64,000 bases of DNA from Cenarchaeum sp. (GTDB lineage: Archaea; Thermoproteota; Nitrososphaeria; Nitrososphaerales; Nitrosopumilaceae), in contig OY843584.1 in NCBI GenBank assembly GCA_963692915.1, positions 352,001 to 416,000 on the forward strand. The letters are read 5' to 3'. The translations under genes were made by a program, and so were the position numbers. The notes under the pieces were generated by a model that did no database searches, was not told the DNA's origin, and saw only the letters and a program-made list of their open reading frames with translations. This document shows, piece after piece, positions 54,650 through 62,972 of the stretch (the stretch's first letter is position 1; each line of letters begins with the position of its first letter).

Positions 54650-54700
54650 CTCATGCGCCCATAAACGGTTTTAATAGGGCCGAGCAGGCGTGTGCCCAAA

Positions 54701-55351
54701 TTGGCTAGCGAGTCAGACCTCTCGGAGATGATCCAGAGGGCAAAGGAGGCATCAGGGACCAAAAAGTTCAGGCAGTCCGTCGAGCTCATCATCGTGTTTC
54801 GCGACATTGACGTCAAGAAGGGCTTTGCGATCAACGAGGTCGTGCAGCTCCCGCGGACGAGTGCGCCGGCTGCCGTGTGCGTCATGGCGTCTGGTGACAT
54901 GGGCATCAAGGCAAAGGAGGCAAAGGCCGACATGGTCATCGACGCCGAGGAGCTCGGGCGCCTGGGGGCCAACAAGCGCGAGTCGCGCAAGTTCGTCAAC
55001 CGTTATGACTTTTTCCTCGCTGACACAAAGCTAATGCCGACAGTCGGCAAGGTTCTCGGGCAGATACTCGGCCCGCGCGGCAAGATGCCGACGCCGGTTC
55101 CGTTCAACGCCCCGATAGCGTCGTTCCTTGAGCGCTTCAAGTCATCTACGCTCATACGAATGCGCAACTCGCTGGCCCTCTCGTGCAAGATTGGCGATGA
55201 GACGATGGCCGACTCTGACCTTGCGGCCAACGCAATGACAATAGTCTCGGCCGTCGAGAAAAAGCTGCCAAACGGCGAGAGAAACGTCAAAAAGATAATG
55301 GTAAAGACAACAATGGGCAAGATCGCGCAGCCCGCACCGCAGGCAAAGTGA
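54701..55351 (+). CDS. rpl1: Ribosomal protein L1 (uL1)
   Basis: KKF.QSVEL, LG.ILGPRGKMP, KTTMG. Confidence 0.96.
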   Translation: MASESDLSEMIQRAKEASGTKKFRQSVELIIVFRDIDVKKGFAINEVVQLPRTSAPAAVCVMASGDMGIKAKEAKADMVIDAEELGRLGANKRESRKFVNRYDFFLADTKLMPTVGKVLGQILGPRGKMPTPVPFNAPIASFLERFKSSTLIRMRNSLALSCKIGDETMADSDLAANAMTIVSAVEKKLPNGERNVKKIMVKTTMGKIAQPAPQAK

Positions 55352-55352
55352 C

Positions 55353-56219
55353 ATGTATGAAAATCGCCAGAAATGGCCTGCCAAAAAGGAGCGAATGTAC
55401 GCGCAACTCCAAGAGCTGCCCACAAAGTACGACGTCATGGCACTCGTCCGGCTAGAAAAGGTTCGCGCATCCCAAATGCTCTCGCTGCGAAAGAGGATGC
55501 ATGGCCAGGTCGAGTTTGTCAGCATAAAGGGCAAGGTGACAAAAAAGGCACTCGCGGGAATTAACGTTCCTGGCATTGCCGAGATCGCAGCCCAGGTCAA
55601 GGGCCAGTGCATGTTCATGTTCACAAACATGTCGCCATTCAAGCTAAACGTCCTCTTGGCGAGCAACAAGGTGATGCTGCCCGCTCGCGGGGGCGACACG
55701 GCGAGCATCGATGTCATCATCACCGCAAAGAACACGGGCATAGCTCCCGGCCCCATGCTCACCGAGTTCAAGGAGGCAAACGTGCCAACAAAGATAGACC
55801 AGGGCACGATCTGGATAACAAAGGACACCGTTGCGGCAAAGCGCGGTGACACGATATCATCAAAGCTTGCGGCGCTTTTGGGCAAGCTCGACATCAGGGC
55901 CGTGGAGGCCGGAGTCGAGCTCGCCGGCGCACTAGAGGCCGGCAAGACATACACGCGCGACGAGCTAGTCGTCGACGTCGCCGCGGTTCGTGATGCGCTC
56001 GCCGCTGCCCACCAGGAGGCAATGTCGCTCTCAGTCGAGGCAGGCCTCATCACCGCCGAGAACGCCCCACTCGTGCTCTCGCGCGCCGCTCGCGCCGCCG
56101 AGTCACTGGCTTCCGAGTCCGGATACGTATCGCCAGACACTGCGGCCAGCGTTCTTGCGCGCGCAAACGCGGCAGCCCGCGGCGTGGCGTCTGCTGCAAA
56201 GGGCTACGAGTCTGCCTAG
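55353..56219 (+). CDS. rpl10: Ribosomal protein L10/P0 (uL10)
   Basis: FTN.SPFKL, TGIAPGP, PTKI.QG.I. Confidence 0.95.
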   Translation: MYENRQKWPAKKERMYAQLQELPTKYDVMALVRLEKVRASQMLSLRKRMHGQVEFVSIKGKVTKKALAGINVPGIAEIAAQVKGQCMFMFTNMSPFKLNVLLASNKVMLPARGGDTASIDVIITAKNTGIAPGPMLTEFKEANVPTKIDQGTIWITKDTVAAKRGDTISSKLAALLGKLDIRAVEAGVELAGALEAGKTYTRDELVVDVAAVRDALAAAHQEAMSLSVEAGLITAENAPLVLSRAARAAESLASESGYVSPDTAASVLARANAAARGVASAAKGYESA

Positions 56220-56222
56220 TGG

Positions 56223-56238
56223 CGGGGTTTTTGCCCCG
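56223..56238 (+). terminator. Possible hairpin after rpl10
   Basis: CGGGG-TTTTTG-CCCCG immediately after the stop codon. Confidence 0.3.
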
Positions 56239-56491
56239 TGTGCATGTCCAGGGCGCATGAGCGCAGCCATGTCGTCTCTTACATTATAACGCAAGCATTA
56301 GTCCAGTGTTGACCTACAGTTGACGCTTTACTCATCAACAGCGTTAAATTGGGCATGGGCTTCATGCGGAGCATGGCGGGAACGCAGAGTCTGTGGCATG
56401 GGAACCGCATGGACGGTCTTAGAGCACACGAGGTGGGTCGATCCACGGGTCGTGGAGCCGACTGCGCTGCGCTGATGGGGGAGAGTCTGCT

Positions 56492-56971
56492 ATGATGAGC
56501 ACGCCGAAACCCGATTCCACAGAACTGCCCATACTGCTCCTTGGCACCCTGGGTACCATAAAGCGCAAAACTCGGCTGGAAAAGCTGGCCTTTCTGTGCG
56601 ATATGGAGGTATTCAAAAAGAGAAAGGTGTATGACGATTGGCTGCCATCTGCGTACGGCCCGTTTAGCACAAAGCTACATGATGACATCTCTGACCTTGC
56701 ATCCAAGAATATTGTGATTATGACTACTCAGGAGGGTGGATTTAACGAAGGCACATGCAAATATGCGCTGACGTCCGACGGGCGCAAAAAATATTCCCAG
56801 CTCATGAACCTGCATGTTAAAAAAGTCATACGCATATATGATCTGCTCCTGGCGTACAACCATATGGAGACAACTGTCCCGCTGATGGAGCGCGTATACC
56901 AGAAATATCCAAAATTCTTGTCAGCAATGTTGACATCCGCAGAAACGACTAACTCCAAGATGGGGAGCTGA
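56492..56971 (+). CDS. YwgA/Panacea(SocA, DUF4065)-like protein
   Basis: KTRLEKLAFL.D...W....YGPFS.KL...Y.LT..G...VYQKYPKF; aligns by eye with 23445-24023; lower GC. Confidence 0.75.
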   Translation: MMSTPKPDSTELPILLLGTLGTIKRKTRLEKLAFLCDMEVFKKRKVYDDWLPSAYGPFSTKLHDDISDLASKNIVIMTTQEGGFNEGTCKYALTSDGRKKYSQLMNLHVKKVIRIYDLLLAYNHMETTVPLMERVYQKYPKFLSAMLTSAETTNSKMGS

Positions 56972-56978
56972 TCCCCTG

Positions 56979-57485
56979 TTGTCATTGCACAACTCTACAT
57001 TGCAGGAAATTACCGCCGCGTTGATACGGTTGGAGACTGAACAGTTTGCGTATGTGGGGACATTTGAGCTGATTACGGGCGTTATCACATTCTTGGGACT
57101 CCTGTTTGCCTTGAGCCGCAGAATAGGTGGAGAATACGGAAAAATGCTTGAGCGTCTTTTTCAAATCCGCAAAATGCTGAAAGATGAACTGGAAAACCTT
57201 GGAGATGACAAGTCTATCTTGCTTGATCGATTTGATCAATATGTGTTCAATGCGACTAACATTGCTAAAGTTGAGTATCACAAACGTGAGTACACAATAA
57301 ACCACTTTGTGTGTTTTTTTCTAGGGGTGTTTGTACTTGTTGGCTATGGACTGGCCTTGCTGACAGAAGAGCTTCCATACAGCTTTTTTGCAACGATGAC
57401 AGTGATCGTGGTGTCAATGTGCCCTACTGTTATACACGCAATCAGGCACCATCGCCAAACAGTCAAATTTTCCTCCACCATGTGA
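56979..57485 (+). CDS. Hypothetical 3-TM membrane protein
   Basis: Three hydrophobic segments; TTG start 7 nt after the previous stop; AT-rich. Confidence 0.65.
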   Translation: MSLHNSTLQEITAALIRLETEQFAYVGTFELITGVITFLGLLFALSRRIGGEYGKMLERLFQIRKMLKDELENLGDDKSILLDRFDQYVFNATNIAKVEYHKREYTINHFVCFFLGVFVLVGYGLALLTEELPYSFFATMTVIVVSMCPTVIHAIRHHRQTVKFSSTM

Positions 57486-57614
57486 CTTTTGCCGATGTGC
57501 GCACCTTGTGTGACGTCCATCAGGACTGTCATCAATGCGTCCATTTACTAGGTCAGCTGTTGTGGGTTCGTTCTGCACGTGCGCACAAGTTAATACTCGG
57601 CACTCTGTGCTCGC

Positions 57615-58043
57615 ATGCCGGGAATGGGATACCGGTATGCTGACCATGTGACTGATGTCATCGTGGAAGTCGATGCGGCTAGCATTGATGACGCGTTTGC
57701 AGATGCTGCAGACGCGGTGGCAAACCTCACGTTGAATCCGTCTAGCGTTGCCGAGCGCGAGACGCGACCCATTGCAGCAGGTGGGCCGAACATGCACCAT
57801 GCGCTCCTTGACTGGCTAGAGGCGGCCAATCTTGTGATGATAACTGACGGGTTTGCCGTGCGGAGGTTTGAGGCGCGCGTCTCGGGGAGTGGCCCCTATG
57901 CCGTGCGTGGCATTGCGCACGGTGAGCCGCTGGACATCCAGGGGCACGGGTTCCGCGTCGAGGTCAAGGCTCCGACGTTTCACATGATGGACATCACCGA
58001 GTCACCGAATCGCGTGTCACTACGGTTTCTGCTTGACCTGTGA
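57615..58043 (+). CDS. Archease
   Basis: Y...DHVTD, EVKAPTFH, F.LDL C-terminus. Confidence 0.92.
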   Translation: MPGMGYRYADHVTDVIVEVDAASIDDAFADAADAVANLTLNPSSVAERETRPIAAGGPNMHHALLDWLEAANLVMITDGFAVRRFEARVSGSGPYAVRGIAHGEPLDIQGHGFRVEVKAPTFHMMDITESPNRVSLRFLLDL

Positions 58044-58097
58044 CACGCCCACCACGCCCTGCTCAACTTATACGCCGGTGCGTGTGCGCCCCCCGCG

Positions 58098-58796
58098 ATG
58101 ACGACGCTCTTTCTTGACATCGAGACGGTGCCGGACCTTGATGCGGCCAGGTACAACGAGCTAAGGGCGATGGTCGAGGCGGGCACCCTCTCACCCGAAG
58201 TCGATCGCCTCGCATACTGGAAGTTCAAGAAAGCCGCGCTCTCGCCCATTGACGGGCGCGTCATGCTCATCACGTACAAGGTTGATGGCGCATACACACA
58301 CCACCTAAAAGAGTGGGAGGACGGCGAGAAACAGATACTCACCGACATGTTTAGGCTAGTCTTTGACCTGCAGCGTGGGCTTGGTGAGGGCCTGCGCATC
58401 GTTGGCCACAATATCATGAGGTTTGACATTAACTTTCTCTATGAGCGAATGCGCCACCACGAGATCGCAGAACCCGGCATACTCTACACAAAGATGATCC
58501 GCCAGCCCCTAGTTGCGGACTTTTTGCAGATGCACCTGCCGCTCAACGACATGAACGGCAAGGGGCTAAAGCACGACGTTTTGGCGCACGCGTACGGCCT
58601 GCCGACAAAGTCCACGCAGGGCTCTGACGAGACTGTGCACTATTTTGATGCAGACTATGGCCGGATAATGGAATACTCGGAACGCGAATTTATCTATCCA
58701 AACCTGTATGCAAAGATATGCTCGGACGGACTCGTCTCGCGCGAGACCCTGCAGGAGTCGATACGCTGGTATGACTCTCTGCACGAGAATGACTGA
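58098..58796 (+). CDS. Stand-alone DnaQ/PolB-like 3'-5' exonuclease
   Basis: ExoI FLDIET, ExoII VGHNI..FD, ExoIII-like I.EYSERE. Confidence 0.8.
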   Translation: MTTLFLDIETVPDLDAARYNELRAMVEAGTLSPEVDRLAYWKFKKAALSPIDGRVMLITYKVDGAYTHHLKEWEDGEKQILTDMFRLVFDLQRGLGEGLRIVGHNIMRFDINFLYERMRHHEIAEPGILYTKMIRQPLVADFLQMHLPLNDMNGKGLKHDVLAHAYGLPTKSTQGSDETVHYFDADYGRIMEYSEREFIYPNLYAKICSDGLVSRETLQESIRWYDSLHEND

Positions 58797-58805
58797 CCGC
58801 GCGCC

Positions 58806-59360
58806 TCACTTTAGCGTGTCAAGTATCGAGAGGCCCATGAGTCCGGTCAGAGTGATGCCCCTCCTCGTCACGTCGCGCCGCGTCTTTTCACAGTACTTGT
58901 TGACGCCCTGGTGGCCGCCAGAGACCTCTAGGACCATTATACTGTCGCTGAACGGGAACTCTAGGCGCGGCGGCACGCCGTAATAGCCCATGTGCGCGTA
59001 CGCCGCACTGCCGACCCTGTCACTCTTGCCGACAATGCGCGCAATCTCGCCCATCGCGTTTGCCGTGTCGCCGTACTCTGTATAGTATACGGAGACAAAG
59101 TTCCTGTCGCCCTCCGTCTCGCGCTCAAAGAGGCTCTCATCCACGCCGAAGACAAAGGACGCGCTCGCGCACTCCCTTGCGGCGACCTCCCTGCCGGCCT
59201 CTGCGCAGTCACTGACCTTTGCGAGGAGATAGTGGTTTGCATGCGGCGCAAAGTAGAGCTTGCCGTCATCAGAGAACGTCGCTGTCACAAAGTGCATCTC
59301 GCGCACATTGGGCGAGCCGACCCATGCCTCCTTTAGCTCGACTGAGCCGTGGTCGTGCAT
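58806..59360 (-). CDS. Hypothetical protein
   Basis: ORF with host-like codon usage from ATG 59360; no motif recognised. Confidence 0.7.
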   Translation of the reverse strand: MHDHGSVELKEAWVGSPNVREMHFVTATFSDDGKLYFAPHANHYLLAKVSDCAEAGREVAARECASASFVFGVDESLFERETEGDRNFVSVYYTEYGDTANAMGEIARIVGKSDRVGSAAYAHMGYYGVPPRLEFPFSDSIMVLEVSGGHQGVNKYCEKTRRDVTRRGITLTGLMGLSILDTLK

Positions 59361-59517
59361 GTACGGCGTGCATACGTACCCGCTTGTGCCCTGGGCGTGC
59401 CCTCCCACGGCGTGCGCAGGCGCGTCGGCGTATTTATGACTTGCCGGTGATCGCAGGGTTTCTCGGCGCGGGGCGCTGCGATAGTTATTTAACGCCGCGC
59501 CCTGCGGCGAGTGCCGT

Positions 59518-59638
59518 CCCAAGCTAGCTCAGCCTGGTAGAGCTCCCGGCTGTAGTTGCCGGCTTTGGGCTGGCGAAATGGCAGCATACTAGGCAGACAG
59601 AAACCGGGTTGTCGCAGGTTCAATTCCTGCGCTTGGGA
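59518..59638 (+). tRNA. tRNA-Tyr(GTA) with 47-nt canonical intron (59556-59602)
   Basis: C1-G72 acceptor CCCAAGC/GCTTGGG, CCCGG-CTGTAG|A-CCGGG, BHB helix CTGT/ACAG. Confidence 0.93.
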
Positions 59639-59686
59639 CACCATCCTGATGGCGTGCGTGCGCCTTGCGCGCGCGCATGGCCTGCG

Positions 59687-60739
59687 CTAGGGGTTGATGA
59701 CTGCCCTGCCGACTATCTTTCTTGCCTTTAGGTCAGAGAGTGCGGTGTTTGCGTCATCTAGGGAGTAGCGCCTCGAGACCATCGGCTTTATCGCGCCACT
59801 CCTCGCAAGGCCGATGAGCTCGACCATGTCGTCATACGTTCCGGTGTATGCCCCCTGTATCGTTATGGCCCTGAGCGGGATGCTGACGAGCGGCAGGGGC
59901 AGGATGCCGCCAAAGAGGCCGACCATGACGATGTTGCCCCGCTTTCTGACGACCTCTAGGGCGAGTCCGGCAGTCGGCGGCGCGTTGACAAAGTCAATGA
60001 CGCTCTCGGCGCCCGTCCCGCCGCACGCGTCTATGACCCTCTGCGCCACGCCCTCGCCGCTCGAGTTGACGGTGTGCGCGGCTCCCATCTCCCTGGCCGT
60101 CTCTAGCTTTGTGTCATCGAGGTCAACGCAGACGATGTTTGCCTCTGTGATCGCGCTTGCGATCTGGACGCCCATGAGCCCCAGGCCGCCGGCGCCGATA
60201 ATGACAATGTTCTTCGGTTTTGATTCTGCGGCCCTCTTTACTGCCGTGTATGCCGTGAGGCCAGAGCACGCAAGTGATGTCGCCTCGTCCATGCCTATCC
60301 CGTCGATCCTTGCGAGGTACTTTTGGCTAGGAACCGTCATCGTCTCGGCATACCCGCCGTCCTGGAATATGCCCATCGACCTTGGCGCGTCGCAGACGTT
60401 CTCCATGCCCTTTTCGCATGCTGGGCACGAGCCGCATCCTGCCCACGGGTACACGAGAACCTCGTCGCCGACTGCAAACCCGCCGGCCCCCTCGCCGAGC
60501 TCCTCGACGATACCGGCGACCTCATGGCCGGGCGTGACTGGAAAGCTCACCCCCCTGTCAGTCACCTTTAGGACCTTGCCATCACCCATGTCGTACCCGC
60601 CCTCCCAGAGGTGCAGGTCACTGTGGCACACGCCCGTGGCGCGCACGCGGATGCGGATCTCGCCGGCCCGCACGCTGCGATCAGGCGTCTCGGCTATCTC
60701 TAGTGGACGGCCCGCGGCGATGATTCTTGCGGCCTTCAT
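59687..60739 (-). CDS. Zinc-dependent alcohol dehydrogenase (MDR family)
   Basis: GVCHSD, GHE, CGSCPAC...C, GAGGLG. Confidence 0.94.
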   Translation of the reverse strand: MKAARIIAAGRPLEIAETPDRSVRAGEIRIRVRATGVCHSDLHLWEGGYDMGDGKVLKVTDRGVSFPVTPGHEVAGIVEELGEGAGGFAVGDEVLVYPWAGCGSCPACEKGMENVCDAPRSMGIFQDGGYAETMTVPSQKYLARIDGIGMDEATSLACSGLTAYTAVKRAAESKPKNIVIIGAGGLGLMGVQIASAITEANIVCVDLDDTKLETAREMGAAHTVNSSGEGVAQRVIDACGGTGAESVIDFVNAPPTAGLALEVVRKRGNIVMVGLFGGILPLPLVSIPLRAITIQGAYTGTYDDMVELIGLARSGAIKPMVSRRYSLDDANTALSDLKARKIVGRAVINP

Positions 60740-60837
60740 TGGACGCTGCGCCTGCCGCTAACAATATAAGAGTTGACTGGACAAGGCAAAAAAGTAGAGC
60801 GCACCGTAATTATCTGGGATTTGCGCGCCGCTGCGCC

Positions 60838-61515
60838 ATGGAGGAGGCAGTTGTGCGCAAGGATCTCTCCGAGGAGCCAGTCAACATACTCTTCAATCCG
60901 GCCTCGCTGAGCAAAAAGAACGTCTGGGACGTCGATATAGTGGCCATCCTGGACATCCTCGTGGCGATCCTCGAAAAGTCCGGCAAGAAGGACCTTCGGG
61001 TCGCCGGCATGGCGGCCCTCACGTCCTCGCTCATATACCGCCTCAAGGTCGAGAGCATATTCGCGCTCCACAGGGAGGCTGACAGGGTCGCCCCCCGGCA
61101 GCGGCGCGACGTCGACATTCGGATGATCGGCGTCCCGTACCGCCACGAGTCGACATCGCCCGTCTCCCTTGACGACCTCCTTGGCCTCCTTGAGAGCCTC
61201 ATAATGACTATCGCCAACCCGCGCGAGCGCCGCCGCAGCAAGCTCCTCGAGCCGGCCGAGCCGCCGGACTTTGAGGACTATTTCGTCTCCATCGAGAGCA
61301 TAATCGGCAAGTACGAGGACCTCCTTGTCCGCAAGGCCGGTCCTGGCGGAACGGCGCTCCTCGGCGATATCGTCTCCGGCCTTGAGCTCATCGACCGCAT
61401 ACGCTGCTTTTTTGCCGCGCTGTTTCTGGCGCGTGACGCGCGCGCCGAGCTCGAGCAGGAGGGCGATGACATCCGCATAACGCTCGTCGGCGAGGCGCCG
61501 CAGGCGGGGGCATAG
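60838..61515 (+). CDS. scpA: Segregation/condensation protein ScpA (kleisin)
   Basis: WDVDIV, C-terminal F.AALFLA...LEQ; directly upstream of scpB. Confidence 0.85.
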   Translation: MEEAVVRKDLSEEPVNILFNPASLSKKNVWDVDIVAILDILVAILEKSGKKDLRVAGMAALTSSLIYRLKVESIFALHREADRVAPRQRRDVDIRMIGVPYRHESTSPVSLDDLLGLLESLIMTIANPRERRRSKLLEPAEPPDFEDYFVSIESIIGKYEDLLVRKAGPGGTALLGDIVSGLELIDRIRCFFAALFLARDARAELEQEGDDIRITLVGEAPQAGA

Positions 61516-61522
61516 CCGGCCC

Positions 61523-62065
61523 ATGAAAAAGGTTGACAGCACGCGCGAGGCCACAGCAAGGGTCGAGGCCGCGCTCTACTCCTCTGGCCGCCCAATGCAA
61601 ATAGAGGAGCTCATTCGCGCATCAGGGACCGAGTCGCGCCCGCGCACGCTGGCCATACTCGAGTCGATAATAAAGCGCGCACGCGCAGCCTTTTGCGCGA
61701 TCGAGGTGATCAGGCAGCCTGACGGCTCGTACGTGCTGCAGCTAAAGCCCGAGTATAGCGGCACGATCCGCCGTTATGCGTCAAAGCCGATCCTCCCAAA
61801 CTCGACGCTAAAGACGCTCTCATACATCGTCTATGCGCAGCCCGTCTCGTCTAAGGATCTCGTCGAGGTTCGCGGGACGGGCGTGTACTCGCACCTAAAG
61901 GAGCTGCGCCAGCTCGACTTTGTGCGCCACGAGTCTGTCGGCCGCACAAAGATATTCTCGACGACCGTAAAGTTCCAAAAGTACTTTGGCGTGTCCGGTG
62001 ATGACCTAAAGGCCCAGATATTCTCGAGCAAAAAGGCAAAGGGTCGCGCCGTGGCAGCCACCTAG
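61523..62065 (+). CDS. scpB: Segregation/condensation protein ScpB
   Basis: VEAALY..G.P, LKTLSYI.Y.QP, VRG, TT.KF..YFG. Confidence 0.93.
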   Translation: MKKVDSTREATARVEAALYSSGRPMQIEELIRASGTESRPRTLAILESIIKRARAAFCAIEVIRQPDGSYVLQLKPEYSGTIRRYASKPILPNSTLKTLSYIVYAQPVSSKDLVEVRGTGVYSHLKELRQLDFVRHESVGRTKIFSTTVKFQKYFGVSGDDLKAQIFSSKKAKGRAVAAT

Positions 62066-62189
62066 TGCGCGCGATGCGCGCCTGACGCCGGCCGCGCGCC
62101 TCGCTCGAGTCCAGGTGCCGTGCCTCCTGCCGTGTGCGCCGGTGCGCCATGGCTCACTATTTTTAAGTGGGCGTGTGCGCTCATCCCGC

Positions 62190-62972
62190 ATGGTCGACGG
62201 GCGAGCGCTGCGCATGGGGCGCATCATGCGCGAGGGCAAGATGCTGTGCATTCCGATGGATCACGGCATCTCTAATGGCCCGATTGCGGGCCTGGAGGAC
62301 CCGCACTCGGTCATATCGGCGTGTGACGGCCATGGCCTCACGTGCGTTATCGTGAACAAGGGCATCGTGCGCACGATGCCCTCGCCGCCGCAGGCGGGCA
62401 TACTGGTCCACTTTTCGGCTAGCACGTCGCTCTCGCCGTACCCGAACAGAAAGATGATCACCGGCACAGTCGAGGAGGCCGTGCGCATCGGCGCTGATGG
62501 CGTCTCGCTCCACATCAACGTCGGCGGCAAGGAGGAGCCAGAGATGCTCGAGCAGCTCGGCACGGTGGCCGACGCGTGCGACGAGTGGGGCATGCCGCTT
62601 CTCGCAATGATGTACCCGCGCGGGGAGAACATTGGCGATCCGCACGATGAGGCGACCGTGGCCCATGCGGCGCGCATTGGCGCCGAGTGCGGCGCAGACA
62701 TTGTAAAGACGGTCTATACGGGAGATGCGGACTCGTTTGCGCGCGTTGTGAGATCCACGCCGGTTCCCGTCGTCATCGCCGGCGGGCCGCGTGCCGATAC
62801 TGACATGGACACGCTGGCAATGACGGCTGACGCAATGCGCGCCGGCGCTGCCGGTGTCACATACGGGAGGAACATCTTTGCGCACGCCTCGCCGCCACGC
62901 ATGGTCGAGTCACTCGCTGGCATAATATTTGACGGCAAGTCCGCAGCAGAGGCCGCAGAGGGACTTGGCTAG
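62190..62972 (+). CDS. aroA': 2-amino-3,7-dideoxy-D-threo-hept-6-ulosonate synthase (AroA', class I aldolase)
   Basis: PMDHG, GADGVS.H.N.G, MMYPRG, ADIVKT, AGG, GRN; adjacent to DHQS II. Confidence 0.88.
   Translation: MVDGRALRMGRIMREGKMLCIPMDHGISNGPIAGLEDPHSVISACDGHGLTCVIVNKGIVRTMPSPPQAGILVHFSASTSLSPYPNRKMITGTVEEAVRIGADGVSLHINVGGKEEPEMLEQLGTVADACDEWGMPLLAMMYPRGENIGDPHDEATVAHAARIGAECGADIVKTVYTGDADSFARVVRSTPVPVVIAGGPRADTDMDTLAMTADAMRAGAAGVTYGRNIFAHASPPRMVESLAGIIFDGKSAAEAAEGLG

Noticed and set aside
56220-56490. rpl12 missing after rpl10
   Set aside because: From recall rpl12 is not always adjacent in Nitrosopumilaceae; loss cannot be inferred from one window
59814-61554. Long antisense ORFs (59814-60761, 60736-61554; similarly 55142-56140, 17545-18573)
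   Set aside because: Shadow frames of well-supported genes in GC-rich DNA, with no motifs
60838-62065. scpA/scpB without smc as a Wadjet-like defence system
   Set aside because: Sequences match housekeeping ScpA/ScpB, smc is often unlinked, and no JetD-like gene is present
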